This document shows, in pieces, positions 63,671 through 64,000 of a stretch of DNA of 64,000 nt (positions are counted from its first letter, which is position 1; each line of letters begins with the position of its first letter). Made by a program: the position numbers and the translations under genes. Origin of the DNA: an uncultured virus (IMG/VR IMGVR_UViG_2061766007_000883). Lineage: Duplodnaviria > Heunggongvirae > Uroviricota > Caudoviricetes. The DNA lies in the IMG/VR virus record IMGVR_UViG_2061766007_000883, one strand, 5' to 3'. Below the pieces are notes generated by a model, which saw only the letters and a list, made by a program, of their open reading frames with translations, was not told the DNA's origin and did no database searches.

Positions 63671-64000
63671 CGACGGCTAAAAAGAATGTCAACATAGTGG
63701 CTGGGGGNNNNNNNNNNNNNNNNNNNNGTGACGACAAGACCTACAAGTTCCCGTGCGCCGCCGTTGACTACACGATGGCCCAGAACAGCATGCCATCGCT
63801 TACGGCATATGTCGGCACAGGCATGCCGCTTGTCGGCAAGCCTGAGGATTACACGACACCTGAAATCGTCATGCAGTGGCTGACAGACTCGAAATATGAA
63901 GATACCCTGGTCAACGGCATGATTCCATGCACATTCTGGGAAGAGGCATGCGACGGCGGTTTCCCATGCGACTGGCAGATATTCAAAGGGTACGTGGCAT
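63667..64000 (+). CDS. Partial probable baseplate hub protein (3' truncated)
   Basis: ATGA overlap; post-gap frame 'VDYTMAQNSMPSLTAYVGTG...IFKGYV'. Confidence 0.45.
   Translation, partial: MTTAKKNVNIVAGXXXXXXXXDDKTYKFPCAAVDYTMAQNSMPSLTAYVGTGMPLVGKPEDYTTPEIVMQWLTDSKYEDTLVNGMIPCTFWEEACDGGFPCDWQIFKGYVA

Noticed and set aside
333..63727. Apparent frameshifts or pseudogenes in RNAP, capsid, sheath, tape measure and others
   Set aside because: Each frame change coincides with an N-run of uncertain true length, so these are gap or masking artefacts.

Overview
This window is a GC-rich segment of a large contractile-tailed (myovirus-like, probably jumbo) bacteriophage genome. Essentially all credible genes are on the + strand under genetic code 11. 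Many short N-gaps break reading frames, so several genes are joined across gaps by inference. From left to right it contains: (i) accessory genes (HAD hydrolase fused to two DUF2829/Tad2-like domains, a CC1/DUF5679-like small basic protein, an Aah/TibC-family protein O-heptosyltransferase next to a large Cys/Ser/Thr-rich protein); (ii) a probable portal followed by putative internal-virion proteins sharing an N-terminal leader M-x-Y-[KA]-[EDQ]-A-V-x-x-[IV]-K-[QT]-A and K-x-A motifs, whose cargoes include glycine-zipper membrane proteins, three HExxH zincins and a LigD-type phosphoesterase-ATP ligase; (iii) an island of terminator-promoter-hairpin cassettes (24.5-28.4 kb), one of which drives an ~800-nt non-coding, pseudoknot-rich RNA followed by a tRNA-Arg(CCU); (iv) a multisubunit RNA polymerase in three pieces (beta-N; beta-C fused to beta'-N; beta'-C) carrying three inteins; (v) a head module (protease, scaffold, major capsid) and a tail module (neck, sheath, tube, baseplate, chaperone with a -1 frameshift site, tape measure). 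The most novel-looking elements are the large structured ncRNA with a chain of five H-type pseudoknots and the leader-tagged packaged-cargo system. All annotations come from motif recognition and pairing by eye; no searches or folding programs were run.
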